From positions 1 to 64,000 of the IMG/VR virus record IMGVR_UViG_3300037067_007020: DNA of 64,000 nt. The stretch is one strand, 5' to 3'. Origin of the DNA: a virus (lineage: Duplodnaviria; Caudoviricetes). A program made the translations under genes and the position numbers. The notes under the pieces were generated by a model. That model did no database searches and was not told where the DNA came from. It was given only the letters and a program-made list of their open reading frames with translations. Position 1 is the first letter of the stretch; each line of letters opens with the position of its first letter. Below are positions 30,894-40,638 of the stretch, in pieces.

Positions 30894-31046
30894 ATATTAA
30901 AAAAGGAAAAAACATAATGACTGAATTAGATATTTTAAACATTTTGTTAGAGAATTTTAATAAAATAGTAAGAATTGAATTTAAACCAAATTTAAAAAAT
31001 AAAACAACGACATATAAATTCATTGTTCAATACTAGGAGATTTTAA

Positions 31047-31457
31047 ATGGAAGACATAGTTCTTAAAATAGGTATTTATTCTAATGAACAAATAATAGAC
31101 GTTGTTAAGAAAGTAGAAACTCTGCTAGATAAAACTATCAATACGTTAGATTCTATTGCTGTTAGAGAGTATATTTCTGCTCTTTCTGCATACAGAGGAA
31201 GACTTGTTGCTATAGAATCTCAGATATACAGAGAATTAGTTGAAAAGAGAAAAAGAGCCATAGATGATAATGTTATGACAGGAAAATCTTCCGAGCTGAG
31301 AGACATACAACTTGACGACTATACAAAGGTAGATAAGAGCAATTTTGATCTTATAAGGAAATATAGAGAAGAATTAACTGCCAAGACAACACTATGTTCT
31401 TCTATGTTAAAGAGCATTGATCTTCATTCTACAAGAGGAACAAGAGAGTATCAATGA
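31047..31457 (+). CDS. Helical protein, possible UvsY-like recombination mediator
   Basis: 136-aa all-helical ORF near recA; inferred from size and context. Confidence 0.35.
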   Translation: MEDIVLKIGIYSNEQIIDVVKKVETLLDKTINTLDSIAVREYISALSAYRGRLVAIESQIYRELVEKRKRAIDDNVMTGKSSELRDIQLDDYTKVDKSNFDLIRKYREELTAKTTLCSSMLKSIDLHSTRGTREYQ

Positions 31458-31617
31458 AGCATGATTGTAGAGATTTGAAAAACATAGATGTTTATTATAT
31501 TCCTGTATATGACATAACAAACAAATATGTTGGAAATAATGTAGAATATCGTTGTAAAATATGTGACAAAGTATTAAAGACAAAATTTGATAACAGATTG
31601 TTTTATGAAAGATCATA

Positions 31618-32664
31618 ATGAATTTAAAAGAAGTCTCTAAAGAAACTAAAAAACAACTACTAGGAGAAAGATATATGGATTTAGACAAGTTTGATAAACA
31701 ATTTTTAGGACAAGGAGTAAATATAGAATGTCCTATTATGCCTACAGGAATAGATGCTCTTGATTCTGCTCTTGGTGGTGGTATTATGCTAGGTCATCAT
31801 ATTGAACTATGGGGCAAAGAAAAGGCTGGTAAGACACTTTTGTCCATTATTATTGCCTCTGCATTTCAAAAGGCAGGAAAAAAGGTTATGTGGGCTGATC
31901 TAGAGGGAAGGTTTGTTCCTTCTTGGGCAGAAAAATGGGGTGTAGATACAGACAAACTATTAAAACCTATTAATTGTACATTTGCAGAACAGTTTATGGA
32001 TTTATTTATTGTTAGAACAATTCGTAATGACGTAGACCTTATTATTATAGACAGTATTCCAAAGTTTGCTCCTAAAGCAGTATTGGATAAAATGACAGGA
32101 GAAAAAACAATGGGTTCTAAACCTGCTCTTTTGTCTTTGGCAATGGAAAACATAGACGCATATAGACAAGAACATTTATCGAACGGAAAGATACCTCCTA
32201 CGTTTATCTGGATTAATCAGGTTAGAGAAAAAATTGGTGGTTATAGTATGCACGGAACTCCTGAAACTACTCCCGGTGGTCATTGTATTGCTCATGCCTT
32301 TAGTCAAGTAATTAAGTTAAAAGTAAAGGGAGACGGATTTTTGTTAAAAGACGGAAAAGAAACTGCAACTAAAACAGACCCTAATGTTGTAGGTTACACA
32401 GCAGAAGGACAAATAATGAAGAACATACTTACTCAGTCTGACAGAATTTTTAATTATAAAATTAATCTTCAAGATCATACTATAGATAATCTTTCTAGTC
32501 TTATAGAAATTAAGAAAGATTTTGTAAGAAAAGGTGCATGGTTTTATCTAGATTTTCTTGGTAAGGATTTTGTGGGTCAGACTATTCAAGGTGAGGCCAA
32601 TTTTAGACAGAAGTTGTTAGAAAATCCGGCTTATATTGAAAAATTGAGAAAATATGAAGGATAA
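31618..32664 (+). CDS. recA: RecA/UvsX recombinase
   Basis: PTG..ALD.ALGGG, ELWGKEKAGKT, DLE, IIIDS, INQVREKIG, ETTPGG, KGAWF. Confidence 0.93.
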   Translation: MNLKEVSKETKKQLLGERYMDLDKFDKQFLGQGVNIECPIMPTGIDALDSALGGGIMLGHHIELWGKEKAGKTLLSIIIASAFQKAGKKVMWADLEGRFVPSWAEKWGVDTDKLLKPINCTFAEQFMDLFIVRTIRNDVDLIIIDSIPKFAPKAVLDKMTGEKTMGSKPALLSLAMENIDAYRQEHLSNGKIPPTFIWINQVREKIGGYSMHGTPETTPGGHCIAHAFSQVIKLKVKGDGFLLKDGKETATKTDPNVVGYTAEGQIMKNILTQSDRIFNYKINLQDHTIDNLSSLIEIKKDFVRKGAWFYLDFLGKDFVGQTIQGEANFRQKLLENPAYIEKLRKYEG

Positions 32665-32666
32665 AA

Positions 32667-33530
32667 ATGAACGGGTTGAATGTTTTTAGTTCTTTTGATG
32701 GAATAAGTTGTGGTCAAGTAGCTCTTGAAAGAGCAAATATACTTGTGTCTAATTATTTTGCTTGTGAAATTAAAAAAAGTGCGATAAAGGTTACTCAAAA
32801 CAATTATCCTAATACTATTCAGGTCGGAGATATTGAAAAAATAGATGCTTCTTATTTGCCAAAAATTGATTTGTTGTTGGGAGGAAGTCCTTGTCAAAAC
32901 CTGAGTAGAGCAAGAACCTCTCACTGTAACATTGTTGATGGACTTAACGGAAACAAAAGTCGGTTATTTTTTGAATATTGTAGAATTTTTAAAGAAACAA
33001 AACCAAAATATTTTTTATTAGAAAATGTTGTGATGCCAGAAAAAGACGAAAAATTAATATCCGAACTTTTAAATACAAAACCAATAAAAATAAACAGTAA
33101 TCTAGTGAGTTATCAGAACAGAAATAGATTGTATTGGACAAATATTCCTATTAAAGAAAAATTGATCGACAAAAATATAAATTTTCAGGATTTTAAAGAT
33201 ACTGATTTTGATTATTGTAAAAAATTTAAGGCAAACAGAACCCCTTCTAGAGAAAAAATGTGGGGAAACGGAATAAATGGAAAATGTCCTAATGTTACAC
33301 ACAGAAAAAAAATAAACTGTTTGACATTAAAACAAGACAGATGGAAAAATAGCGGTCTTATTGAATTTGATGGATTTTGCAGATATTTAACAACAAAAGA
33401 ATTAGAACTAGCACAAAATCTTCCGATTGGATATACAAAAGGAATTAGTAAAAATCAGGCTGAAAATGTATTAGGAGATTGTTGGACAGTTGATGTTATT
33501 GTTTATATTTTACAAGGATTGAAACCATAA
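32667..33530 (+). CDS. C5-cytosine DNA methyltransferase
   Basis: FDGISCG (I), GGSPCQ (IV), LLENV (VI), QNRNRLYW (VIII), LG..W.V.VI (X). Confidence 0.92.
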   Translation: MNGLNVFSSFDGISCGQVALERANILVSNYFACEIKKSAIKVTQNNYPNTIQVGDIEKIDASYLPKIDLLLGGSPCQNLSRARTSHCNIVDGLNGNKSRLFFEYCRIFKETKPKYFLLENVVMPEKDEKLISELLNTKPIKINSNLVSYQNRNRLYWTNIPIKEKLIDKNINFQDFKDTDFDYCKKFKANRTPSREKMWGNGINGKCPNVTHRKKINCLTLKQDRWKNSGLIEFDGFCRYLTTKELELAQNLPIGYTKGISKNQAENVLGDCWTVDVIVYILQGLKP

Positions 33531-33978
33531 TATATTGAAAAATTAAGGAAATATAATGGATGATCTAGTTACTTTATGTTTATATTCTTATCCTGAAATA
33601 CATTCAGATACCATACACAGAAGCAATATTGTTGAAATTCCTTATAACAGTAAAAAATATAAACCTCAAATAGGAGATTGTGTTTGTTCAGATTCAAAGG
33701 GATATGCAATACCAATAAAAACTCCTATGACTTTTAAAAAACTTAAAGGTTTTGTAAAGGAGTTAAAGAATGACAGAACAAGCAATGTTTGATGTACAAG
33801 CGGGATTATTAGTAAGGTCTTCTTTAAGAAATGTCTTAGAAGGACTTAAATTCTCTGGAGAAAACATAGATTATATAGAAAACAAAGGTTTATTAAGTTC
33901 TTATTTCTTAATTAAAGGAGACAAAGATATTATCATATCACTTAAAAACCGAATTAATGAAATAAATAGGCATTTGTA

Positions 33979-34368
33979 ATGTCATATGTTCCAGAAAAAA
34001 ATGACAGTAATAAGAAACGTGCTAATAAATGGGAAAAGAAATTAGCTAAGAAGTTTGGTATGAAACAAACAATATCATCTGGGTCAGGTGTATGGGAAAA
34101 AGGAGATTTAAAATCTGTTGAATTTGTAGGAGAAAGTAAAAAGACTCAGCAGGATTCTATTTCTCTTCGCCGTGAATGGTTAGAAAAGATACAAATCGAA
34201 GCAAAGAACAAGAACAAAGAATGGTTTGTTCATATAGGATTTACAGATTTATATGACAAAGAACTTATTAACGCAGTAGTTATTTCTGAAAAAATGTTTA
34301 AAATGCTGATAGATATAACAAAATCTTCTAATGAAAGTGGTGATAAAAATGTCAAACAGGTCTTATGA
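33979..34368 (+). CDS. Holliday-junction resolvase-like PD-(D/E)XK nuclease
   Basis: E..LAK...SGS....KGD.....ESK.T. Confidence 0.7.
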   Translation: MSYVPEKNDSNKKRANKWEKKLAKKFGMKQTISSGSGVWEKGDLKSVEFVGESKKTQQDSISLRREWLEKIQIEAKNKNKEWFVHIGFTDLYDKELINAVVISEKMFKMLIDITKSSNESGDKNVKQVL

Positions 34369-35719
34369 AGCGATGTTTGAAGACGAAGATGATATAAATG
34401 TTATAGATCATACCACAAAATCGAATAAGTATTCGTCTAAAGACATTCTTATTAAACAACTACTTCCTAAATATATATTAGATTTAGATTCTGTTTATTC
34501 CTCTGAAGGAAGAGTTCTTGATTTTATAGGAAAAGTATCGTCTATAGATATAAAAAATGTTATTGTATATACAGATATTTTTTCTGAAGGACGTTTTAGA
34601 AATTATGTTAGATATAACACTGACAAAATATGTTATATTCCTAACATTAATAAAGTAGTTTGTACGGAATGTTATCAAAAAGGAAAAATAACTCTTGTTA
34701 ATTATTTAAACGATGTTGTAATTAAATTGGATAACAATGTTTATGGTTTTATACATACAGAAAAACCAGCAGGACAGTTTGCTAATACAGAAATGGGAAT
34801 TTGTTTTTCGGGAAATAATTGGACAGAAGATAGGATTATTTCTTTCGTTTCTAATTTTTCAAAAGAATTGTATGAATTATCAAAAACACAAAGTGAAAAT
34901 AACAAAGATTCTACCGCTTTTGATGCTCTTTTTTTAAAAGATAATCTATTAACAGAAATTAAAACAGAAATAGAAACATTTCTTTCAGGAAGAAAAACAT
35001 ACGAAGAACTAAAACTAACTTGGAAAAGAGGATTTGTTCTTATAGGTCCACCGGGAAATGGAAAAACTACATTAATCAGAAGTATTTGTAAGTATTATGG
35101 TCTTCCTTTTATTGACATTAAAAAAGCAATTCAAAAAGACGGTACAATAGATTTAGGAATTATTACAGAGTCATATAATATAGATACATGTTTATATCCA
35201 GATGATGAATATCCTATGGTATGTATTTTAGAGGATATTGATAAATTTACAGCATATCAGTCAGGAAACGGAGATCATAGTGATGCTGCATCAACATCAT
35301 TACATGAACTATTAAAAGGTCTAGATGGGGTAAATCAAGCCAATGGTGTTATTGTAATAGCTACTACAAATTATCCAGATACATTAGCAGAAGCATTGAT
35401 GAATAGACCGGGAAGATTTGACAAAATATGGAATTTTGGTTTGCCAGAACAGAAAGAAATTTTAAGTCTTTTGAAATATTATAAAGTAGAACTAAACTCT
35501 GGCAAATTAGAAGATATTGCAAAGGAATTAAAAGGTTACAACATGGCATTTGCTACAGAATTTGTTAAGATAATTAAAACAAGATTTAAAACAAATAAAA
35601 TTGATTTTAAAGATGCCAAAAAAGTTTTAGAAGAAATACATAATCATAACAAGTTATATAAAGATCATTTTAAAGAAGATATAGAAGCTGGGTTTGGATT
35701 TAAAAGGGAGAAAAAATAA
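34349..35719 (+). CDS. Classical-clade AAA+ ATPase (Bcs1/FtsH-like ATPase domain)
   Basis: KRG.VL.GPPGNGKT, ILEDID, LDG, ATTNYP..L..AL..RPGRFD. Confidence 0.9.
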   Translation: MSNRSYEAMFEDEDDINVIDHTTKSNKYSSKDILIKQLLPKYILDLDSVYSSEGRVLDFIGKVSSIDIKNVIVYTDIFSEGRFRNYVRYNTDKICYIPNINKVVCTECYQKGKITLVNYLNDVVIKLDNNVYGFIHTEKPAGQFANTEMGICFSGNNWTEDRIISFVSNFSKELYELSKTQSENNKDSTAFDALFLKDNLLTEIKTEIETFLSGRKTYEELKLTWKRGFVLIGPPGNGKTTLIRSICKYYGLPFIDIKKAIQKDGTIDLGIITESYNIDTCLYPDDEYPMVCILEDIDKFTAYQSGNGDHSDAASTSLHELLKGLDGVNQANGVIVIATTNYPDTLAEALMNRPGRFDKIWNFGLPEQKEILSLLKYYKVELNSGKLEDIAKELKGYNMAFATEFVKIIKTRFKTNKIDFKDAKKVLEEIHNHNKLYKDHFKEDIEAGFGFKREKK

Positions 35720-36048
35720 CAATGATAAATTTGTTATATGTTGTCAGAACTACTTTACTTCCTCTAGAAGGGAAATATTATGGAACAGAGGTAGAAACAG
35801 AGTTCAATAACGGAACTAAAGAAATTATTACTATATGGACACAAAAAGGAGAACCATCAGAAAGAGCATTAGCTGAATTTGACCTTACAAAAGAACAATG
35901 GAACAATAATCAAAATTTTGACCCTAAATTAGGAATAAATGATGACTATGCAGATTATTTTCCAGACTGTCATCATGAAACAGAAATGGATTTATATATT
36001 GCTCAGAAATTAGTCGAATCTTTAAATCAAAGAAAGGACATATAAAAA

Positions 36049-36876
36049 ATGTCCAAAATTCATGAAATGAATGTAGACGATGTTTCTATTATCAATGATT
36101 TGTTTAAGAAAGAAAAAATTCATAATTTTTTAGAAAAGAAATTGAAAGAAAATGACATTTATATATTCAAGAATGGTTCTAGGTCGGTTATTACTAGAGT
36201 AAAAGATCAAGAATTTAAACTCGTTAAAGAACAGCAAATATTAGAACATATAACTGGTGAGAATAAAGAACAACAAATATTGATTGAATTTCTAAAGGAT
36301 GATGATATTAAATGTGTAATTGTTACGGGTCAAGCGGGTACGGGAAAAACGATAGTTTCGTGTGCATATGCTTATGAAGCAGTAAAAAATTCTGATTATA
36401 GAAAGTTAATCATTTCTCGTGTTCCTGTAACACCAAGCAAACGCTTCGAACTCGGCTTCATTCCTGGGTCGGCTGAAGAGAAGTTAAAACCGTGGTTACA
36501 AGTATTTTACTCTACTATAGATAAGATTAAATCTCTTACAAGCGAAAATGTAAAGATTCCTATAGAAAATCTTTCTCTAGAATATATCAAAGGTGTTACA
36601 TGGGATAATTCTATAATTATTATAGATGAAGCAGAGGATTTAACTAAACAGGAATTGAAAACAATATTAACTAGAGTAGGCAAAAATTCAAAGATACTTA
36701 TTCTAGGAGATACTGAACAGTCTACAGAAAGAGGATGCAAGAATACTCTTACAGATGCTATAAAGGCATTTGATTCTGCTGACATGACAATAGAAGAACA
36801 AAAGATGGTAGCTACGGTTTATTTAGAAAAATCTCTTAGATCAGAATTTGTTAATCTTGTATTAAAGGTATTATAA
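36049..36876 (+). CDS. phoH: PhoH-family ATPase
   Basis: GQAGTGKT, ISR, LGFIPG...EK..PW, KG.TW, IIDEAE, LTRVG..SK..ILGD..Q. Confidence 0.92.
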   Translation: MSKIHEMNVDDVSIINDLFKKEKIHNFLEKKLKENDIYIFKNGSRSVITRVKDQEFKLVKEQQILEHITGENKEQQILIEFLKDDDIKCVIVTGQAGTGKTIVSCAYAYEAVKNSDYRKLIISRVPVTPSKRFELGFIPGSAEEKLKPWLQVFYSTIDKIKSLTSENVKIPIENLSLEYIKGVTWDNSIIIIDEAEDLTKQELKTILTRVGKNSKILILGDTEQSTERGCKNTLTDAIKAFDSADMTIEEQKMVATVYLEKSLRSEFVNLVLKVL

Positions 36877-36969
36877 CTATATGGTTAATTTTTGTATATG
36901 TTTTGTTATTTTAACCGTTTTTCTATTGGAGTTTGTTTAAATCATAAATTAAAAAGGAGCAAGAACACA

Positions 36970-37563
36970 ATGACACAGAAAAAAGAAAGAATAATAATTA
37001 AAGGCATTTCAAAATTTACGCATTTGATAACACCCGAAGAATATAAGAGACAAAAGAAATTTACTGTTGCCATAGTAATGGAAAAGGACAGTGAGGAATT
37101 TAGAGAACTTAAAGAAAAACTGATGTTATATTTACAAGAAAATAAAGAAGAGATTTTAAAAGAAAACAAAATTCCTTCTGCAACATGGAGTGAAATAAAA
37201 GAGGTTTATCCTTGGAAAGACGATTTGAAGAAGGATGAAGACGGTTCTCTTGTTCCAACAGGTAAAATTTATATAAAAGTATCTTCCAAGGCAGAGATAA
37301 TGAAGAACGGTGTTGTTACTCCTTTTAACATTAATTTCTTTGATGTGAACAATAACAAGTTGATTGATGTTGAAGAAATAGGAGACGGTTCTAAGTTAGC
37401 TGTTAGTGCTATTGTTAACATTTATTGTGGAGATAAGAGCGAGAAGACAATAGGAATTTCTCTTTGGTTAGGTGCGGTACAAATCATTAGTTTAAAGACA
37501 TATGGTGACAATGGTGCTTCTTTTGGGTTTAATGTTGAATCAGAAGAAATCAGTTCCGAATAA
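36970..37563 (+). CDS. T7 gp2.5/DUF2815-type ssDNA-binding protein
   Basis: F.HL..P, IG.GS, GISL.L.AVQII.L..YG and acidic FGF..E tail. Confidence 0.8.
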   Translation: MTQKKERIIIKGISKFTHLITPEEYKRQKKFTVAIVMEKDSEEFRELKEKLMLYLQENKEEILKENKIPSATWSEIKEVYPWKDDLKKDEDGSLVPTGKIYIKVSSKAEIMKNGVVTPFNINFFDVNNNKLIDVEEIGDGSKLAVSAIVNIYCGDKSEKTIGISLWLGAVQIISLKTYGDNGASFGFNVESEEISSE

Positions 37564-38174
37564 TTAAAGGAGAAATAAGTATGAAAAAACTAGGACATTA
37601 TATTTATCAATTTATCAGATTTAATAATCTTTTTATTCTCGGAACTTTATTATTAATTCTCTGTGTTATAATTATTATTCTTAGTTCAATTGCAATAGGA
37701 ATACAACATTTAATTAGTTGGATTTAAAGATTGTGTTAAACGAAGAAGAAATGAATAGACTTTTAGTAAACCAAGATGCTCTATTACCAAAAAATATGAA
37801 AAAGTTAAAAAGACTTGTTTATTCAGAACCAATAAAAGGAGAAAATATCGTGACTAAAGGCAAGAAGGATGAATGTTCAAAGAATAACGATTGTAGTTGC
37901 ATGAATCACGTAGATAGTCTTTTTGTTTCTCCGCAAGTAGGAGAAATACAGATTTTACAAGGCAATTCTAATATAGGAAAATTAGAGTTCAATCGAAATG
38001 TACCTGAGGCCGAAACTGCATTTAAAAGAGCAATAAGAGCAGATGAGGTATTTTCTATTCTCTGGGACATTGATCAAGAATGTAGAGGATGTTTAAAATA
38101 TAATGTAGAAAACGCTAGTGATGTATTAGAAAAGATCAGAGATATGATTAATGAAACTGATTTAATGGACTTAT

Positions 38175-38594
38175 ATGTATAAGAAGAATAAAACAAAGAA
38201 AGTTGTATTTGTTGTTTCTTTCGGAACTTATAATAATAATTTATTAGTTTCTGTTGGTCAAACTTATAAAGAATTACAAAATTCTGCCAAAAAACTTCTC
38301 TTCAAAGGAACTATATTAGACAATGAAGATGTAAACTATTATATAACAGATCAATGTGTTTCTGGTCTTTTTCATAAAACAAATACAGGTGATTATGTGA
38401 TTTGGTTGAAAGAATTTTCAAATAAATGGTATTCTTATGAAGTTCTACTGCACGAGTTGCATCATGTTGTACACAATTTTTCATATTTTACTGCCATGAC
38501 AAGAGAAATGGAAGCACAAGCGTATTTGTTCGAACATCTGTTCAGGGAATCTAGAAAAAGGTTGGTAAACTATCATGAAAAAAATATTCAATGA
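38175..38594 (+). CDS. HExxH metallopeptidase-like protein
   Basis: LLHELHH...E.EAQAYL. Confidence 0.6.
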   Translation: MYKKNKTKKVVFVVSFGTYNNNLLVSVGQTYKELQNSAKKLLFKGTILDNEDVNYYITDQCVSGLFHKTNTGDYVIWLKEFSNKWYSYEVLLHELHHVVHNFSYFTAMTREMEAQAYLFEHLFRESRKRLVNYHEKNIQ

Positions 38595-38808
38595 ACAAGA
38601 TATTGAACATTTTTTAGAAATGCTTTGTTGGATAAGATATAAATCTAAACAAAAAAAAGATTATGTACTTGCAGACAAAATAAGAGAATTGATTATAGAG
38701 GGATTTGGCTACTCCATCGAAGATAACAAAGACGGTTCTACCAAACTACTTGTTTCTAACAATAACCTCATAAGACTTCTAGAAAATAACAATAACAAAA
38801 ACCCCTAA
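38575..38808 (+). CDS. Stand-alone CysRS C-terminal (anticodon-binding)-like domain
   Basis: R...KQKKDY.LADKIRELI...G..IED.KDGST matches the R..AR..KD...AD.IR..L...G..I.D...GT pattern. Confidence 0.65.
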   Translation: MKKIFNEQDIEHFLEMLCWIRYKSKQKKDYVLADKIRELIIEGFGYSIEDNKDGSTKLLVSNNNLIRLLENNNNKNP

Positions 38809-38916
38809 TGTTGTGGGAGCAATTATGTCGTTATCAAATCCTGTGTGTTTGTGAGTATTTCCGCACCCAGTAACAAACATAATGCCAATTAATAATAGTG
38901 ATATTAAATATTTCAT
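38779..38916 (-). CDS. 45-aa lipoprotein
   Basis: AGGAGA RBS; MKYLISLLLIGIMFVTG-C lipobox; hydrophobic C-terminus. Confidence 0.6.
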   Translation of the reverse strand: MKYLISLLLIGIMFVTGCGNTHKHTGFDNDIIAPTTLGVFVIVIF

Positions 38917-39264
38917 TATAATGTTCTCCTTTTTTAATTTTTTGTTTCTTTTTTCTCTGCTTACCAAACATTTGCCCAGTTTTTATTCAATTTATTAGAC
39001 ATTTTGAGTTAATTATACTAAATCAATAGTATTTTATTATACCTCTTTTCAGTAATCCTCTTGGTAGTTTAAGTATCAGAGTTATCGGAAAAAGAAACAA
39101 TTGTACAGGAGTACAATGTAAGTTCTAGTTAGTAGTAATACAGCTTCAATTTAACAACCTTAAAAAATTATTTTTTGTTCAACATACTAATTTTGTAATA
39201 CCTTTTGTTCTTCTTTTTGACTGATTTCATCCAAGCCTCATTGGATTTATAAACGATATTTCAA

Positions 39265-39345
39265 TTACAACAACGAATAAATAAACGCAAGCACAATTAT
39301 CAACATCAGTACAGTAGATAATACAAGGACAGTTGTTTCTGTCAT
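39265..39345 (-). CDS. 26-aa single-TM peptide
   Basis: AAGGAGAG RBS; MTETTVLVLSTVLMLIIVLAFIYSLL. Confidence 0.45.
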   Translation of the reverse strand: MTETTVLVLSTVLMLIIVLAFIYSLL

Positions 39346-39361
39346 TCTTATCTCTCCTTTG

Positions 39362-40075
39362 CTAAAAAATTTCTAATCCAATGCCTATAAAAGCCCTTTC
39401 TTTCCATCCGCTTTCATAAGTAAATGCTATACCACACATTGTGGTAATGTTACCATATATTGTAGTAGATAGGCTCAAAGTACATGCTTTTGTGCCTAAA
39501 CCTAACCCTAGATCAACTATGTCAAAAAAATGTATAGGATACCATCCGAGTTGTATGTCATTGACAATCTTCTTTTCTTCCCATATGTTAGTATATCCAA
39601 TTCTTATGTCTGGATGGGTTTGTTTTATTATTTTAGTTTTTAAATCAACAGTAAGATAATGTCTCATGTAACCATAATCTAATATTCCATCAACTTTCTT
39701 ACTTACAGAGATACCTTTTGTAGTCTGAATTACATTGATTGGGTCAATTTCTAACTTGGGAATGGCGTTCTCCAGCGTATATAGGTCTTTGTGTACATCC
39801 CCTATCTTTTGTGACCCTGTAGAAGGATTTTTAACCTCTTTGTAGACTATTTTTTCTTTAAACTCTACCTTTGGTTTTATAGAAAGTATTCTTTCGATTG
39901 TTCCCCTTGGTATTGTTATTGAATCTCCTAGGTTTCCAATTTCTTGAGGTTTAAAATAATTATTATAAATGCACAATCCATTAAAAAACAGAGAAATTGA
40001 AAAAATAACATAAAACAGTGTTTTTTTATTTGCCCAAAGGCTGTTCCATATCTTCTGAATTACTTTGATTTTCAT
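39362..40075 (-). CDS. Membrane-anchored lysis-region protein (spanin-like candidate)
   Basis: N-terminal TM; C-terminal amphipathic beta-strands ending AFIGIGLEIF. Confidence 0.5.
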   Translation of the reverse strand: MKIKVIQKIWNSLWANKKTLFYVIFSISLFFNGLCIYNNYFKPQEIGNLGDSITIPRGTIERILSIKPKVEFKEKIVYKEVKNPSTGSQKIGDVHKDLYTLENAIPKLEIDPINVIQTTKGISVSKKVDGILDYGYMRHYLTVDLKTKIIKQTHPDIRIGYTNIWEEKKIVNDIQLGWYPIHFFDIVDLGLGLGTKACTLSLSTTIYGNITTMCGIAFTYESGWKERAFIGIGLEIF

Positions 40076-40346
40076 AGTTTTTATTTCCTCTCCAAGAATC
40101 TATTCCTGCTATCAAAAGACTCTTACTACCATATGTTGTAATTGATGCTATATAAATTGCAGAATCTAATATTAAATCCCCGTGTCTTAAAACAGCAACT
40201 AAAAAATCTAAAGGAAGAATAATTAAAGTAACCATGATCATTTGTAATGTTATAAAACTAGCTACTTTCCATATTATTCTTTTTAAAGAAGCATTAGCAA
40301 CATCTTTCAATTTTTCCTTAATTATCATTTTTCTCTCCGTTTTCAT
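40026..40346 (-). CDS. Putative holin
   Basis: 106 aa, about two TM segments, charged termini, end of late operon. Confidence 0.5.
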   Translation of the reverse strand: MKTERKMIIKEKLKDVANASLKRIIWKVASFITLQMIMVTLIILPLDFLVAVLRHGDLILDSAIYIASITTYGSKSLLIAGIDSWRGNKNYENQSNSEDMEQPLGK

Positions 40347-40621
40347 TAGAAAAATATACTAATTGCTGACATAACAATAAATCCTATTAACGAAATACCT
40401 CCTGCTACACTTGCAGCTATGACTGAAACTTTTGATGTGAGGTTTTTTCGAAAATCCGAGTTTTTTTCATTTTCAACGGCTAATGATTTAAAGTTTTCGT
40501 CTTTATCTACTTTTTGTTCTAACTTGTTTTTAATTTCGTGGACAGTTTCATTTATATCTTCTACCTTTGCTGTTAAATATCCTATTTTTTGTATTATTTC
40601 TGATCTTTCGTTGTCTGTCAT
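40346..40621 (-). CDS. Coiled-coil plus C-terminal TM protein (XhlA/holin-like)
   Basis: AGGAGG RBS; coiled coil then VIAASVAGGISLIGFIVMSAISIFF. Confidence 0.6.
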   Translation of the reverse strand: MTDNERSEIIQKIGYLTAKVEDINETVHEIKNKLEQKVDKDENFKSLAVENEKNSDFRKNLTSKVSVIAASVAGGISLIGFIVMSAISIFF

Positions 40622-40638
40622 ATACACAATCCTCCTTT

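Noticed and set aside
38970-39260. Replication origin in the strand-switch gap
   Set aside because: Convergent gene junction with no iterons or DnaA-box cluster visible.
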